A stretch of DNA of 64,000 nt from an uncultured bacterium (GTDB lineage: Bacteria > Bacillota > Limnochordia > DTU080 > JAAYLA01). Shown here one piece after another: positions 19,074 through 27,505 of this stretch. The stretch is from contig CALKAQ010000062.1 of the NCBI GenBank assembly GCA_937983075.1, positions 41,277 through 105,276 of the forward strand, read 5' to 3'. Every line of letters begins with the position of its first letter. Within the stretch, counting starts at the first letter, position 1. A program made the translations under genes and the position numbers. The notes under the pieces are model-generated. The model saw only the letters and a program-made list of their open reading frames with translations, was not told the DNA's origin and searched no databases.

Positions 19074-21221
19074 TTACCGTGCTCCGCGAATGAGCCCTTG
19101 GGATTCGAGGACTCCTCCGATCCATACTTGGTACATGGCATCCTCACCGCGCCCGGTGATGAGCTGGGAGATCCTCGAGCCCCCGCTATGTGTATTGCGG
19201 TATACACTCCGAGCCGAAATGTTGTCGATGATGACGATTTCAACTTCACGATCCGGGCCTGGAGGAACGCTGATGTTGATAAATGCTTGAACCCAGTTTT
19301 CACCAGGCGGCGTATCATTTACCACTTCGTTCTGCGGACTCTCAACGCCAGGTTGATTGTGTGCCAAAGTGAGCGGCCGATAAGCAAAGCGAATGCCCGT
19401 CCCCACTTCGACATCACTGCCCGGGTTCAAATCTTGGGCGATGATATGCCCGGGTTCTACACTGGGATCATCCTCCGGGTAGATATCGGTAACTACCAAT
19501 CCGAGCGCCTCGGCCAATGCAACCGCTTCGTCGATGAACATGCCCGAGAAGTTCGGCACCGCGAACGTTGCGACCGGCGGCGCGCCTGTGCTGAAGACAA
19601 GATTGACCTTGCTGCCGACCCGCACTCTCGTGTCGGGCTCAGGCTGCTGGGAAATAACGAGGTCCGGCGGCATATTCGGATGATACGCATGGTCGATTTC
19701 GCCGATTTCCAGGCCGAACTGCGCCAGCCGCAAGCGAGATTCGCGCTCCGACAAATTGGTCAAGTCGGGTACATTCACCATTTCCAGTCCGATGCTGACG
19801 TGCACGCCGATCTCGCGCCCGGCTCGCACCACACGGTCAGCCTCCGGATCTTGTCGCACCACCGTGTTCACAGGCAATTCGGAGTTGACCTCACGCGTGA
19901 CTCGCAAGCTGAGACCTTCAGCGGCAAGAATGCTCTCCGCATCGCTGATGCTCAATCCGACAACGTTGGGGACACGAACTTCAGGCCGCCGCAGCAAGGT
20001 TTGCAGGCCATGCTTATGAAAGGCGCCCACACTAACGCCTATTGCGAGGAAGAAAACAAAGATCGTCCCAAGCAAGAGATAACTTCGCCGCTTCTTGGGA
20101 GCCTTTCTCCTCGGCACGTCTGCATGACCTCCTCCGCTCTCTTCGTCCAGGCCAGACTCTTGTACGCTTCCTGCATGGAATTTCTGACGGCGACTTGGGT
20201 TCGGCACTCGAATAATTGTATGCTCGTCGGATAGGGTTGTACTCAGTCCGTGATGTGGCACCGATCCTTCGTCGATGTGTGTTGCCGCCACCGTGATTTC
20301 ATCGGACGCCGTCGGCAGCGTCTGTTGCTCAACTTCGGCGTCGTCGCCCGCAGCGGCGTCAGCGACCCAAGGCAAGGACGGAGGTTCATCCGAGCCGTTT
20401 TGCACCAACGGGCGCAGACGCTGGAGCATCGCTCCGGCATCGGGAAAACGATTGGCCGGGTCTTTGGCTAGTGCTTGCAGAACAATGGATTCGAGTTCCT
20501 CGGGGATATCATCAACGAGATCGCGCAGCGGTTTCGGATCTTCTTCAACATGTTTCAGAGCGACGCTGAGCGGGCTGTCTCCTTGGAACGGCATGCTGCC
20601 GGTGAGCATTTCGTACAAAAGCACGCCCAAGGAATAAACGTCTGAAGAAGCTTCGACGCTTCGCCCTTTGGCTTGCTCGGGTGATACGTAATACACCGAC
20701 CCAAAAATCGTTCCGGTTTGCGTCAGCGTTGCAGCGGTCGCCGCTCTGGCGATGCCGAAATCGGTGACTTTGATATGGCACTCATCGGTTACGAGAATGT
20801 TGTGAGGTTTGACGTCCCGATGCACAAGCCCCCTGCGATGGGCCGCATCGAGCGCTTTGCACACTTGCTGTGCGATATGCAAAGCTGTAGGGACCGGCAA
20901 CCGTCCGTGCTTGCGGAGAATCTCCTTCAGGTTTTGCCCTTCGATGTACTCCATCACGATGAAGTGCGTTCCGGCGTCGGATCCGACATCGAAAATGCTT
21001 ACGACGTTCGGATGCGAAAGACTCGCGGCGGCCCTTGCCTCGCGCTCAAATCGAAAACGAAAATCGGGATCGGCAGCATATTGCGGATGAAGAACTTTCA
21101 CGGCAACGGTGCGTTCAAGCAGAAGGTCGTTGGCGCGATAAACGACGGCCATTCCGCCTTCTCCCAATTTGGCCTCGATCTCATATCGATTGCCGAGAAT
21201 CGTGCCGACCAATAACTTCAC
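19074..21221 (-). CDS. prkC: Ser/Thr protein kinase with PASTA repeats (PrkC/PknB)
   Basis: Hanks kinase motifs (GEGGMAVVY, VAVK, HRDVKPHNIL, DFGIA, SPEQ), one TM segment, repeated PASTA units (VPNVVGLSISDAESIL.., VNVPDLTNLSERESRL.., FAVPNFSGMFIDEAVAL..), and a C-terminal beta domain. GTG start at 21221 is just after the upstream stop. Confidence 0.92.
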   Translation of the reverse strand: MKLLVGTILGNRYEIEAKLGEGGMAVVYRANDLLLERTVAVKVLHPQYAADPDFRFRFEREARAAASLSHPNVVSIFDVGSDAGTHFIVMEYIEGQNLKEILRKHGRLPVPTALHIAQQVCKALDAAHRRGLVHRDVKPHNILVTDECHIKVTDFGIARAATAATLTQTGTIFGSVYYVSPEQAKGRSVEASSDVYSLGVLLYEMLTGSMPFQGDSPLSVALKHVEEDPKPLRDLVDDIPEELESIVLQALAKDPANRFPDAGAMLQRLRPLVQNGSDEPPSLPWVADAAAGDDAEVEQQTLPTASDEITVAATHIDEGSVPHHGLSTTLSDEHTIIRVPNPSRRQKFHAGSVQESGLDEESGGGHADVPRRKAPKKRRSYLLLGTIFVFFLAIGVSVGAFHKHGLQTLLRRPEVRVPNVVGLSISDAESILAAEGLSLRVTREVNSELPVNTVVRQDPEADRVVRAGREIGVHVSIGLEMVNVPDLTNLSERESRLRLAQFGLEIGEIDHAYHPNMPPDLVISQQPEPDTRVRVGSKVNLVFSTGAPPVATFAVPNFSGMFIDEAVALAEALGLVVTDIYPEDDPSVEPGHIIAQDLNPGSDVEVGTGIRFAYRPLTLAHNQPGVESPQNEVVNDTPPGENWVQAFINISVPPGPDREVEIVIIDNISARSVYRNTHSGGSRISQLITGRGEDAMYQVWIGGVLESQGLIRGAR

Positions 21222-21226
21222 CCACT

Positions 21227-23971
21227 TTAATGCACGGGCAGCGAATCTGCGGTCCCGAACAATGACTTGACTATAGCGTCGGCAATCGGTGCAGCGCCAT
21301 GTGCGCCGCTTCCACCGTTTTCCACAAGCACAACGAGGGCCAAAGACGGCTGCGAGGCCGGAGCAAAACCGACAAACCAAGAGTGAGGCGCCCCATGAGG
21401 ATTCTCCGCCGTGCCTGTTTTGCCCGCCAACAGCGTGGCATCAGCAGCCCCCGACGCGGTGCCGTACGCCGTTGCGGCACGCATGCCCTGCTGCAGCAAA
21501 GCGGCCGTTTTTGAACTCATAATGCGTTGAGGGCCGGCCTCACCGCCCGCACGGACATCCGCAGGCTCGAGTACAATTCGCGGCTCGACATAAAAGCCGC
21601 CGTTTGCAATGGCCGCTGCTGCTACAGCCATTTCAAGCGGCGTGACCAATACCTCGCCTTGTCCGATGCCCGCCGCCGCAAGAGCCGCCTGCGTTTCCAG
21701 CCTGCCCGTGCTTCCTTTCGCCGTCGGCAGGGGCAGACCAAACTCTGCACCGACGCCCATGGCCTGAGCCATCGTGCGCAACGCCTGAGATCCGGTTTGC
21801 GTCGCCAGGCGAGCAAAAATCACGTTCGATGAAAACGCCAACGCCTCCGTGAGATGCAACGCACCCATTGACCGTCCGCCGGCGTTCCGGATGACGGTGC
21901 CATCGATGATGGCTGTGGGTGCATCTTGCAAAACCGTTTGCGGATCAACGGCCCCTGCTTCCAGTGCAGCTGCCAACACGATCAACTTCCAGGTCGAGCC
22001 TGGGGGGTACAATCCTTGCAAGGCCCGGTTGAACATAGGGGCTTCGGTTGCCGATGCCTCCATGGATTCCCGAAGTCGCTCGCTCGAAAAGGTCGGGGAG
22101 CTGAGCATGCCGAGGATTTCGCCTGTCCAAGGATCGAGAGCGACGACGGCGCCTCGGTCAGCCGGACGCCAAGCCGCCTCGATGGCAGCTTGTACACGAG
22201 CGTCGATGGTGGTGTGAACTTGTTGCGGCCTGCCGAAATGAAGGCGCTCACCCAGCGTTGAATGCAAAGCTCGGCGCCCGGAAAGTTGACTGTCAAATAC
22301 GGCTTCCAAGCCGGCCAGACCGTAAAGCGGGTGCCGATAACCGACAATATGGGCTAAGTAGCGAAACTCTGAACCGGCGTGATTATTATTGCCTGAAGTC
22401 GAGTTCAAACTTTCTCCACTGCGGGTAGTGATTCCTGCCCGTGCCGCTTGGCCGGTTGTCCCTCGAACGCTGGTGTGCAAAGGATGCGCTTTGAGTTCAG
22501 GACCTTGAATCACTCCCCAATATACGAGGGCGAGAAAAACCGCAGTCAAACCGACGACGGCACCGCGCAACAGCGGTGCAGTGTTCAAACGAAAGCCGTA
22601 CGACGAACTTTGGAGCGCGCTGTCCCCCGAGCTGATATATCCGAATATCAAAAAGGTCGCTACAAGCGAACTGCCTCCGTAGCTGACAAGCGGCAGCGTG
22701 ATGCCGGTCAATGGCAGGAGACGAACGGATCCGGCTAAGATCAAAAGCACTTGGCTGACAAGAAGAATGCTCAATCCGAGCGCAATTTGCCGTCGAGTTC
22801 GCTTGGGCTGCTGCCGGCTCAAACGCAGCATCCGTTCAATCAACCACGCGTAGCCGACGAGGACAAGCAGCACCCCACCTGCCCCTACCGCTTCGGCCAG
22901 AACGATCAACGGCAAGTCCGTCACGGCGGCCGGCAGCGCAGTCGCCGCCAAATTCCCCCATCCGCTGCCGAAGATGCCGCCGCGAGCAATCGCAAAAAGC
23001 GATTGAATCGACTGGTAGCCGAAACCGTAAGGGTCGTCCCACGGACGCAGCCAGGCGATGAACCGGGTTTGAATGTGCCCGAACATCACCACCCCGGTCA
23101 AGGCAAGGAAAATCATGCCGACCAGTTGCACAGCAAAAGAACGCCAATGAATTCCCCCTCGACTGAGCGACCAGATCGTCCCAGCGAAACTCAGTACGAG
23201 CAGCGGTCCAAAATCGCGCTGCCACAAGGTACATAGGACAAATAGACTTGTCAGTGCGAATGCCCACCTGACGTCGTGTGGCACCTCCTGCGCCTCGCCG
23301 CCGGAACCTGCTTGTGAAGGCGCATTTGGCTGTGAGTTGACGTTCCAACGAGACATTACGCTGCCCCAAAACATGATCAGCTGAATTTTAGCAATCTCCA
23401 CGGGATAAAACAGAAAGGCCTCCTCGTCAAGCGAAGATCGGCCGCTGGCCGCCAACATGCCGATGAAAGCCGTAACCAGCATAAAAGCAACCGCCAACAC
23501 GGTAAGCGGAAGGGCATGAGCTTCCCACAATTTGACCATCCGTGGGTTCGCAGCAACGACGAATGCCGCAACGGCAATGATGAGCCAACGGGCTTGCTGA
23601 AGTGCGAGCGTCGGCGCAATTTGATGGATCGCAGACAACCCAGCGGCAACAAGCAAGGCGACGGGGAACAAGAGTCTTACGTCCGAGCGGGGGGCCAAAC
23701 CGGCAATGAAAAAAGCGAGCCCGTAAAACAAGCCCACTTTTGGTGATTCGAGCATAACACCCGACGCCGCTAAGATGCCGAATCCGATGCAAATGGCGGC
23801 GAGAAGAGAAATCCGGGAGGTGATGTAGATGCCATCAGCTCTAGCCCTCAGATGGCGGTATGCGGACCAATACGACAGTGATATTGTCAGGTCCCCCTTC
23901 CTTGTTCGCCTCGGCAACCAATTGCTCCACAGCAGCCTCAAGAGTAGGAATCCCGGATAGGATGCTTTCAA
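21227..23971 (-). CDS. fused SEDS glycosyltransferase (FtsW/RodA family) and class B penicillin-binding transpeptidase
   Basis: Single ORF with no internal stop. The N-terminal half has SEDS motifs (RDFGPLLVL, RPWDDPYGFGYQSIQSLFAIARGGIFGSGWG, LPAAVTDLPL, PLVSYGGSS at about 22668-22687). An extra TM follows, then transpeptidase motifs STWK (21986-21997), SSN and KTGTA (21407-21421). The coordinates give the maximal ORF; the true start is probably internal (about 23755-23941) because the first 130 nt overlap prpC. Confidence 0.85.
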   Translation of the reverse strand: MKASYPGFLLLRLLWSNWLPRRTRKGDLTISLSYWSAYRHLRARADGIYITSRISLLAAICIGFGILAASGVMLESPKVGLFYGLAFFIAGLAPRSDVRLLFPVALLVAAGLSAIHQIAPTLALQQARWLIIAVAAFVVAANPRMVKLWEAHALPLTVLAVAFMLVTAFIGMLAASGRSSLDEEAFLFYPVEIAKIQLIMFWGSVMSRWNVNSQPNAPSQAGSGGEAQEVPHDVRWAFALTSLFVLCTLWQRDFGPLLVLSFAGTIWSLSRGGIHWRSFAVQLVGMIFLALTGVVMFGHIQTRFIAWLRPWDDPYGFGYQSIQSLFAIARGGIFGSGWGNLAATALPAAVTDLPLIVLAEAVGAGGVLLVLVGYAWLIERMLRLSRQQPKRTRRQIALGLSILLVSQVLLILAGSVRLLPLTGITLPLVSYGGSSLVATFLIFGYISSGDSALQSSSYGFRLNTAPLLRGAVVGLTAVFLALVYWGVIQGPELKAHPLHTSVRGTTGQAARAGITTRSGESLNSTSGNNNHAGSEFRYLAHIVGYRHPLYGLAGLEAVFDSQLSGRRALHSTLGERLHFGRPQQVHTTIDARVQAAIEAAWRPADRGAVVALDPWTGEILGMLSSPTFSSERLRESMEASATEAPMFNRALQGLYPPGSTWKLIVLAAALEAGAVDPQTVLQDAPTAIIDGTVIRNAGGRSMGALHLTEALAFSSNVIFARLATQTGSQALRTMAQAMGVGAEFGLPLPTAKGSTGRLETQAALAAAGIGQGEVLVTPLEMAVAAAAIANGGFYVEPRIVLEPADVRAGGEAGPQRIMSSKTAALLQQGMRAATAYGTASGAADATLLAGKTGTAENPHGAPHSWFVGFAPASQPSLALVVLVENGGSGAHGAAPIADAIVKSLFGTADSLPVH

Positions 23972-24554
23972 TGCGCTCGTGGTCCAAAACTGCCGTCAAG
24001 CCATCGGTGCAGAGCAAAAACAAGTCTCCTGGAAGGGTTTCTTCCCGCAAAATATCGACGTCCACCTGAGGTGAGGTTCCCAGCGCCCGCGTGAGGAAAT
24101 TCCGTTGAGGGTGCTGCGCAGCTTCGCTTTCGCTCAACGTTCCCGTCCGGACGAGCTCCGCCACCACCGAGTGGTCCAACGTGAGCTGCTGCAGCTTGTC
24201 GTTTCTCAGTCGATAGCAACGCGAATCACCGACATGGGCAACGAGAACATGGGTGGTTGTGATATAAGCTACCGTGAGCGTCGTTCCCATGCCGGCGTAC
24301 TCAGGCTTTCTCTGGCTTTCGCGCCAAATCCGATAATTTGCTTCCGCGACCGCTTGGTTCAGCCATTCCAAGGTAACCTTATCGGTCTTGGCTATCAGCT
24401 CTTTCATCGTATCGATCGCCATTCGACTGGCGACCTCGCCCGCCGCATGCCCACCCATCCCGTCCGCGACGGCAAACCACGGTGGTTCAGCCCAGCAGGA
24501 ATCTTCGTTCTCCGTCCTAACACGGCCCTTGTCCGTTTGTACCGCAACCCGCAT
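23841..24554 (-). CDS. prpC: PP2C-family Ser/Thr phosphatase (PrpC/Stp)
   Basis: 237 aa with GRVRTENEDS, ADGMGGHAAGEVAS and LLCTDGL motifs. It lies upstream of the kinase. Confidence 0.92.
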   Translation of the reverse strand: MRVAVQTDKGRVRTENEDSCWAEPPWFAVADGMGGHAAGEVASRMAIDTMKELIAKTDKVTLEWLNQAVAEANYRIWRESQRKPEYAGMGTTLTVAYITTTHVLVAHVGDSRCYRLRNDKLQQLTLDHSVVAELVRTGTLSESEAAQHPQRNFLTRALGTSPQVDVDILREETLPGDLFLLCTDGLTAVLDHERIESILSGIPTLEAAVEQLVAEANKEGGPDNITVVLVRIPPSEG

Positions 24555-24564
24555 GATCTAATGT

Positions 24565-25629
24565 TCACTCTCCCACCGGCACCAACTTGCGACTTTGACG
24601 ACGAAGTTGGCCGCAGGCTGCATCAATGTCCGATCCCTTTTCTTTGCGAACCGTCACAGGGATTCCCGCCTGTCGAATTGCTTCCGCAAAGGCCCGCACT
24701 TGTTCCATGTCAGGCCGTTCGAATCCGGTCTCCGCAACCGGGTTGAGCGGTATGAGATTCACGTGGCACAGCATTGATTCGAGCCGTTCGACAAGTTTTT
24801 GCGCCATGTCGATGGAGTCGTTCACATTCCGAATAAGAACGTATTCGAACGTAACGCGGCGGCCCGTTTGCGCGATGTATTCCCGGCATGCCTCGAGCAA
24901 GATGTCGATGGGGTATTTACGGTTCAACGGCACGAGTTGGTCACGCAACTCGTCGGTAGGAGCATGCAGGCTTACCGCAAGGACGACCTGCAAATTTTCG
25001 GCGGCTAAGCGACGTATGCCCGGCACAACCCCGGAAGTGGAGATGGTGATGTGGCGTTGACCGATACCGAGGCCTTGCGGATGAATCATGGTTCGCACGG
25101 CACGAAGCACCGCACGATAATTGGCCAACGGCTCGCCCATCCCCATGAGCACTACGTTGCTGATTCGCTTGCCTGCTTCTTGCTGCAGCCGAACGAGTTG
25201 ATCGATGATTTCACCTGCCGTTAAATTGCGGATCAGTCCGCCGAGAGCCGTGGCACAAAATGCGCAGCCAATACCACATCCGGCTTGCGACGAAATGCAT
25301 GCCGTGAGTCTGTCACCTTCGGGAATGAGCACGGCTTCAACCGTGACACCATCCGCCAATTCAAAGAGAAACTTCCGGGTGCCATCGGCTGATTGCTGGT
25401 GCAGTTTCGGATACACTCGACTGACAAATGCTTCTTGAGCCAAACGTTCACGCAAGGAAATCGGCAAATTGGTCATTTCCGAAAATTGATGAACGCCGCG
25501 CCGATACATCCATTCCATCATTTGCCTTGCTCGATACGCAGGCTCTCCCCATTCGACGACCAACCGTTCCAACTCCGAAGGCGAAAGACTCTTGACATCG
25601 ATGCGTTTGTCCGCGAGTTGTTGGGACAA
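24565..25629 (-). CDS. rlmN: 23S rRNA/tRNA (adenine-C2)-methyltransferase RlmN (radical SAM)
   Basis: 354 aa with ISSQAGCGIGCAFCAT (CxxxCxxC) and MGMGEPL. Confidence 0.93.
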   Translation of the reverse strand: MSQQLADKRIDVKSLSPSELERLVVEWGEPAYRARQMMEWMYRRGVHQFSEMTNLPISLRERLAQEAFVSRVYPKLHQQSADGTRKFLFELADGVTVEAVLIPEGDRLTACISSQAGCGIGCAFCATALGGLIRNLTAGEIIDQLVRLQQEAGKRISNVVLMGMGEPLANYRAVLRAVRTMIHPQGLGIGQRHITISTSGVVPGIRRLAAENLQVVLAVSLHAPTDELRDQLVPLNRKYPIDILLEACREYIAQTGRRVTFEYVLIRNVNDSIDMAQKLVERLESMLCHVNLIPLNPVAETGFERPDMEQVRAFAEAIRQAGIPVTVRKEKGSDIDAACGQLRRQSRKLVPVGE

Positions 25630-25828
25630 TACGAACGACCCCTTCTATTTTATTCTTTCTTCATGCACAGATCGGAATTCCTTCTCAGGATACGGATTAT
25701 GGTGGATTTCATCTACGGTTGCAGGCACATAATACTGCTTGTTTGAAACCGAATGAACCGGTCGTGTCACCGCTGCGACAGTGGAAGATGCGACACGCCG
25801 ACACAAGAACTTGGCCGGGAGGTAAACC

Positions 25829-26122
25829 ATGTCAAAGATGTCAAAAGTGCATTTCATGACGTCCTACTTTGAATATCTGCTGCGGGCAGGAATTCGGAGC
25901 GAAGACGATTACATCGGCGACGCGTCACGTTTTTTGCGGTTCCTCCTAGCGAACACCTGCTCCGACGACGTATATGCATTTTTTGAAAGCTGCCGGGCCT
26001 CCCCCGGATACCGCCGAAGAATGCAGCGGACGTTGCGCCGCTTTTTTGAATACAGTCGTGAACATCTGGAAATCGAACCCAAAGCACTTGAAGCTTTCAC
26101 TCATGGCGAGAGCAAGCCTTAG
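25829..26122 (+). CDS. stand-alone tyrosine-recombinase core-binding (SAM-like N-terminal) domain protein, possible integrase remnant
   Basis: 97 aa. The pattern F..YL...G.S..D.Y..D..RFLRFL....(gap)..F......S.G.RRRM.RTLRRFFEY fits the phage-integrase N-terminal SAM-like domain. No catalytic domain follows. It ends 50 nt from the 3' end of tRNA-Pro. Confidence 0.5.
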   Translation: MSKMSKVHFMTSYFEYLLRAGIRSEDDYIGDASRFLRFLLANTCSDDVYAFFESCRASPGYRRRMQRTLRRFFEYSREHLEIEPKALEAFTHGESKP

Positions 26123-26143
26123 TTTGAATTTAACCAGATATAG

Positions 26144-26168
26144 AAAAAAGACCGCTTGGTTGCGGTCT
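26144..26168 (-). terminator. terminator of tRNA-Pro
   Basis: On the minus strand: GACCGC-AACCAA-GCGGTC followed by TTTTTT, immediately after the tRNA CCA end. Confidence 0.7.
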
Positions 26169-26171
26169 GAC

Positions 26172-26249
26172 TGGTCGGGGTGCTGGGATTTGAACCCAGG
26201 GCCTCTTCGTCCCGAACGAAGCGCGCTAGCCAAGCTGCGCCACACCCCG
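26172..26249 (-). tRNA. tRNA-Pro (anticodon CGG), CCA encoded
   Basis: The reverse complement CGGGGTGTGGCGCAGCTTGGCTAGCGCGCTTCGTTCGGGACGAAGAGGCCCTGGGTTCAAATCCCAGCACCCCGACCA folds as a cloverleaf. It has a 7-bp acceptor, D arm GCGC/GCGC, anticodon stem CTTCG/CGAAG with loop TTCGGGA, and T arm CTGGG/CCCAG with TTCAAAT. Confidence 0.93.
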
Positions 26250-26285
26250 TGAATGAAACATTTGGTTTAACAACGGCACAAGGAA

Positions 26286-26314
26286 AGTATACAACAGTAT
26301 CGCCAACATGTCAA
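26286..26314 (-). promoter_or_regulatory. near-consensus sigmaA promoter for tRNA-Pro
   Basis: On the minus strand: TTGACA (26314-26309), a 17-nt spacer, then TATACT (26291-26286), about 37 nt upstream of the tRNA 5' end. Confidence 0.6.
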
Positions 26315-26474
26315 ATCCTAAATTGAACTAAAAAGCTACTGCGCACACGTATCTCTCGGCACGGTTCAAGCATAGACTGAGTGCGAAGCGCAATTGCCAA
26401 GGCACATCGGGCCGCTTCACCGGCCAGACAGCTTGCAGCCCCACTCCCCTGGGGTTCGCCCGAGGTGAACATAC

Positions 26475-26720
26475 ATGCACGATATGTTAGCCGAGAAACT
26501 GTTGATGTTCGAGCGCCTTCTCTTAAAACACGATTATCAAGAGCTTTTGCTGCGTACTCGTCCCAGACAATTGCACGAGAAGGCCCTGCGAATCATCCGA
26601 CTAAAAGAAGAACAGCTTCAGCTTCTGGATGACCTCATACGCGAAACAGCAACCGCCCACAGCTCGATTCAAGGAGACTTGTCGGGACGATTTCGTCCGA
26701 GCCAAGCCGCCGAGGACTAA
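26475..26720 (+). CDS. small helical hypothetical protein (81 aa)
   Basis: Good SD (GAGGTG 7 nt before the ATG). The sequence is Leu/Glu/Arg-rich and predicted helical (EKLLMFERLLLKHDYQELLL..IIRLKEEQLQLLDDLIRE). No family is recognised. Its stop overlaps the spo0A stop. Confidence 0.55.
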   Translation: MHDMLAEKLLMFERLLLKHDYQELLLRTRPRQLHEKALRIIRLKEEQLQLLDDLIRETATAHSSIQGDLSGRFRPSQAAED

Positions 26721-27505
26721 TAGGTGCTCAATGTCGTTGAATAGCGCAGTTCATCGGCAAGCTTGGCAATGACAACGGAATTGGTCGGAAACCTCCCTTT
26801 GCGTTGGCCGTTGGAAGCAAGCGATTCGATGAACTCGCGATTTCCCTTCTCCCATGCAGCCAGTACGGCATTTCGAATCGCTGCTTCGACTCCGCTCGGC
26901 GTAGTGTCATACTTCTCGGCAAGATGAGGATACAAATTCTTGGTCAGCGAGCCGTTCAACATGCTCTCATCACGCAACACGGTGAGAACGGCTTCCCGCA
27001 AATATGTATACCCTTTGAAATGCGCCGGGATCCCCATCTCCTGCAAAAGACGGGTGACGCCCCTGCGTTCATCCATCGACGAGGCCGTTTGTTTATAAAC
27101 TTCGCCCGTTTCCCGGATTTCCGTGCTGCTTGGCCGCTGCGTGCCGAATTGCCGGATTCGTTTGACCAGAAGGTCGAGGTCAAATGGCTTGACGATAAAA
27201 TAGTCGGCGCCAAGTTCCGTGAAACGTTTGACCAAATCGTCCCGGCTTAAGGCGGTGAGCACAATGACCCGCGGAACGCGCTGCAACGACAGGCGCCGCA
27301 TCCGTTCCATCACTGCCAAGCCGTCCAGGTGTGGCATGGTGATGTCGAGCAGCACTACGTCCGTCTCGATTTCTTGCAAGCGCTGCAAAGCCTCCTCGCC
27401 GTTGTAAGCGACACCGACGACTTCAAGATCGTGCTGCGCCCCCAAAAATTCACTCAGTGTCTGGCACAACTCGACGTTGTTATCGACAATAAGTACCTTA
27501 ATCAA
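26717..27505 (-). CDS. spo0A: sporulation master regulator Spo0A
   Basis: 262 aa, TTG start. It has a receiver domain (VLIVDNN..DVVLLDITMPHLDG) and a Spo0A-specific C-terminal domain (GIPAHFKGYTYLREAV..TKNLYPHLAEKYDTTPSGVEAAIRNAV..AW...PTNSVVIAKLADEL). Confidence 0.95.
   Translation of the reverse strand: MIKVLIVDNNVELCQTLSEFLGAQHDLEVVGVAYNGEEALQRLQEIETDVVLLDITMPHLDGLAVMERMRRLSLQRVPRVIVLTALSRDDLVKRFTELGADYFIVKPFDLDLLVKRIRQFGTQRPSSTEIRETGEVYKQTASSMDERRGVTRLLQEMGIPAHFKGYTYLREAVLTVLRDESMLNGSLTKNLYPHLAEKYDTTPSGVEAAIRNAVLAAWEKGNREFIESLASNGQRKGRFPTNSVVIAKLADELRYSTTLSTY

Noticed and set aside
26475-26720. I considered a Spo0E-family phosphatase assignment for the 81-aa protein next to spo0A.
   Set aside because: The protein lacks the SQELD catalytic motif, and the nearest string is YQELLL. 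It is kept as hypothetical.
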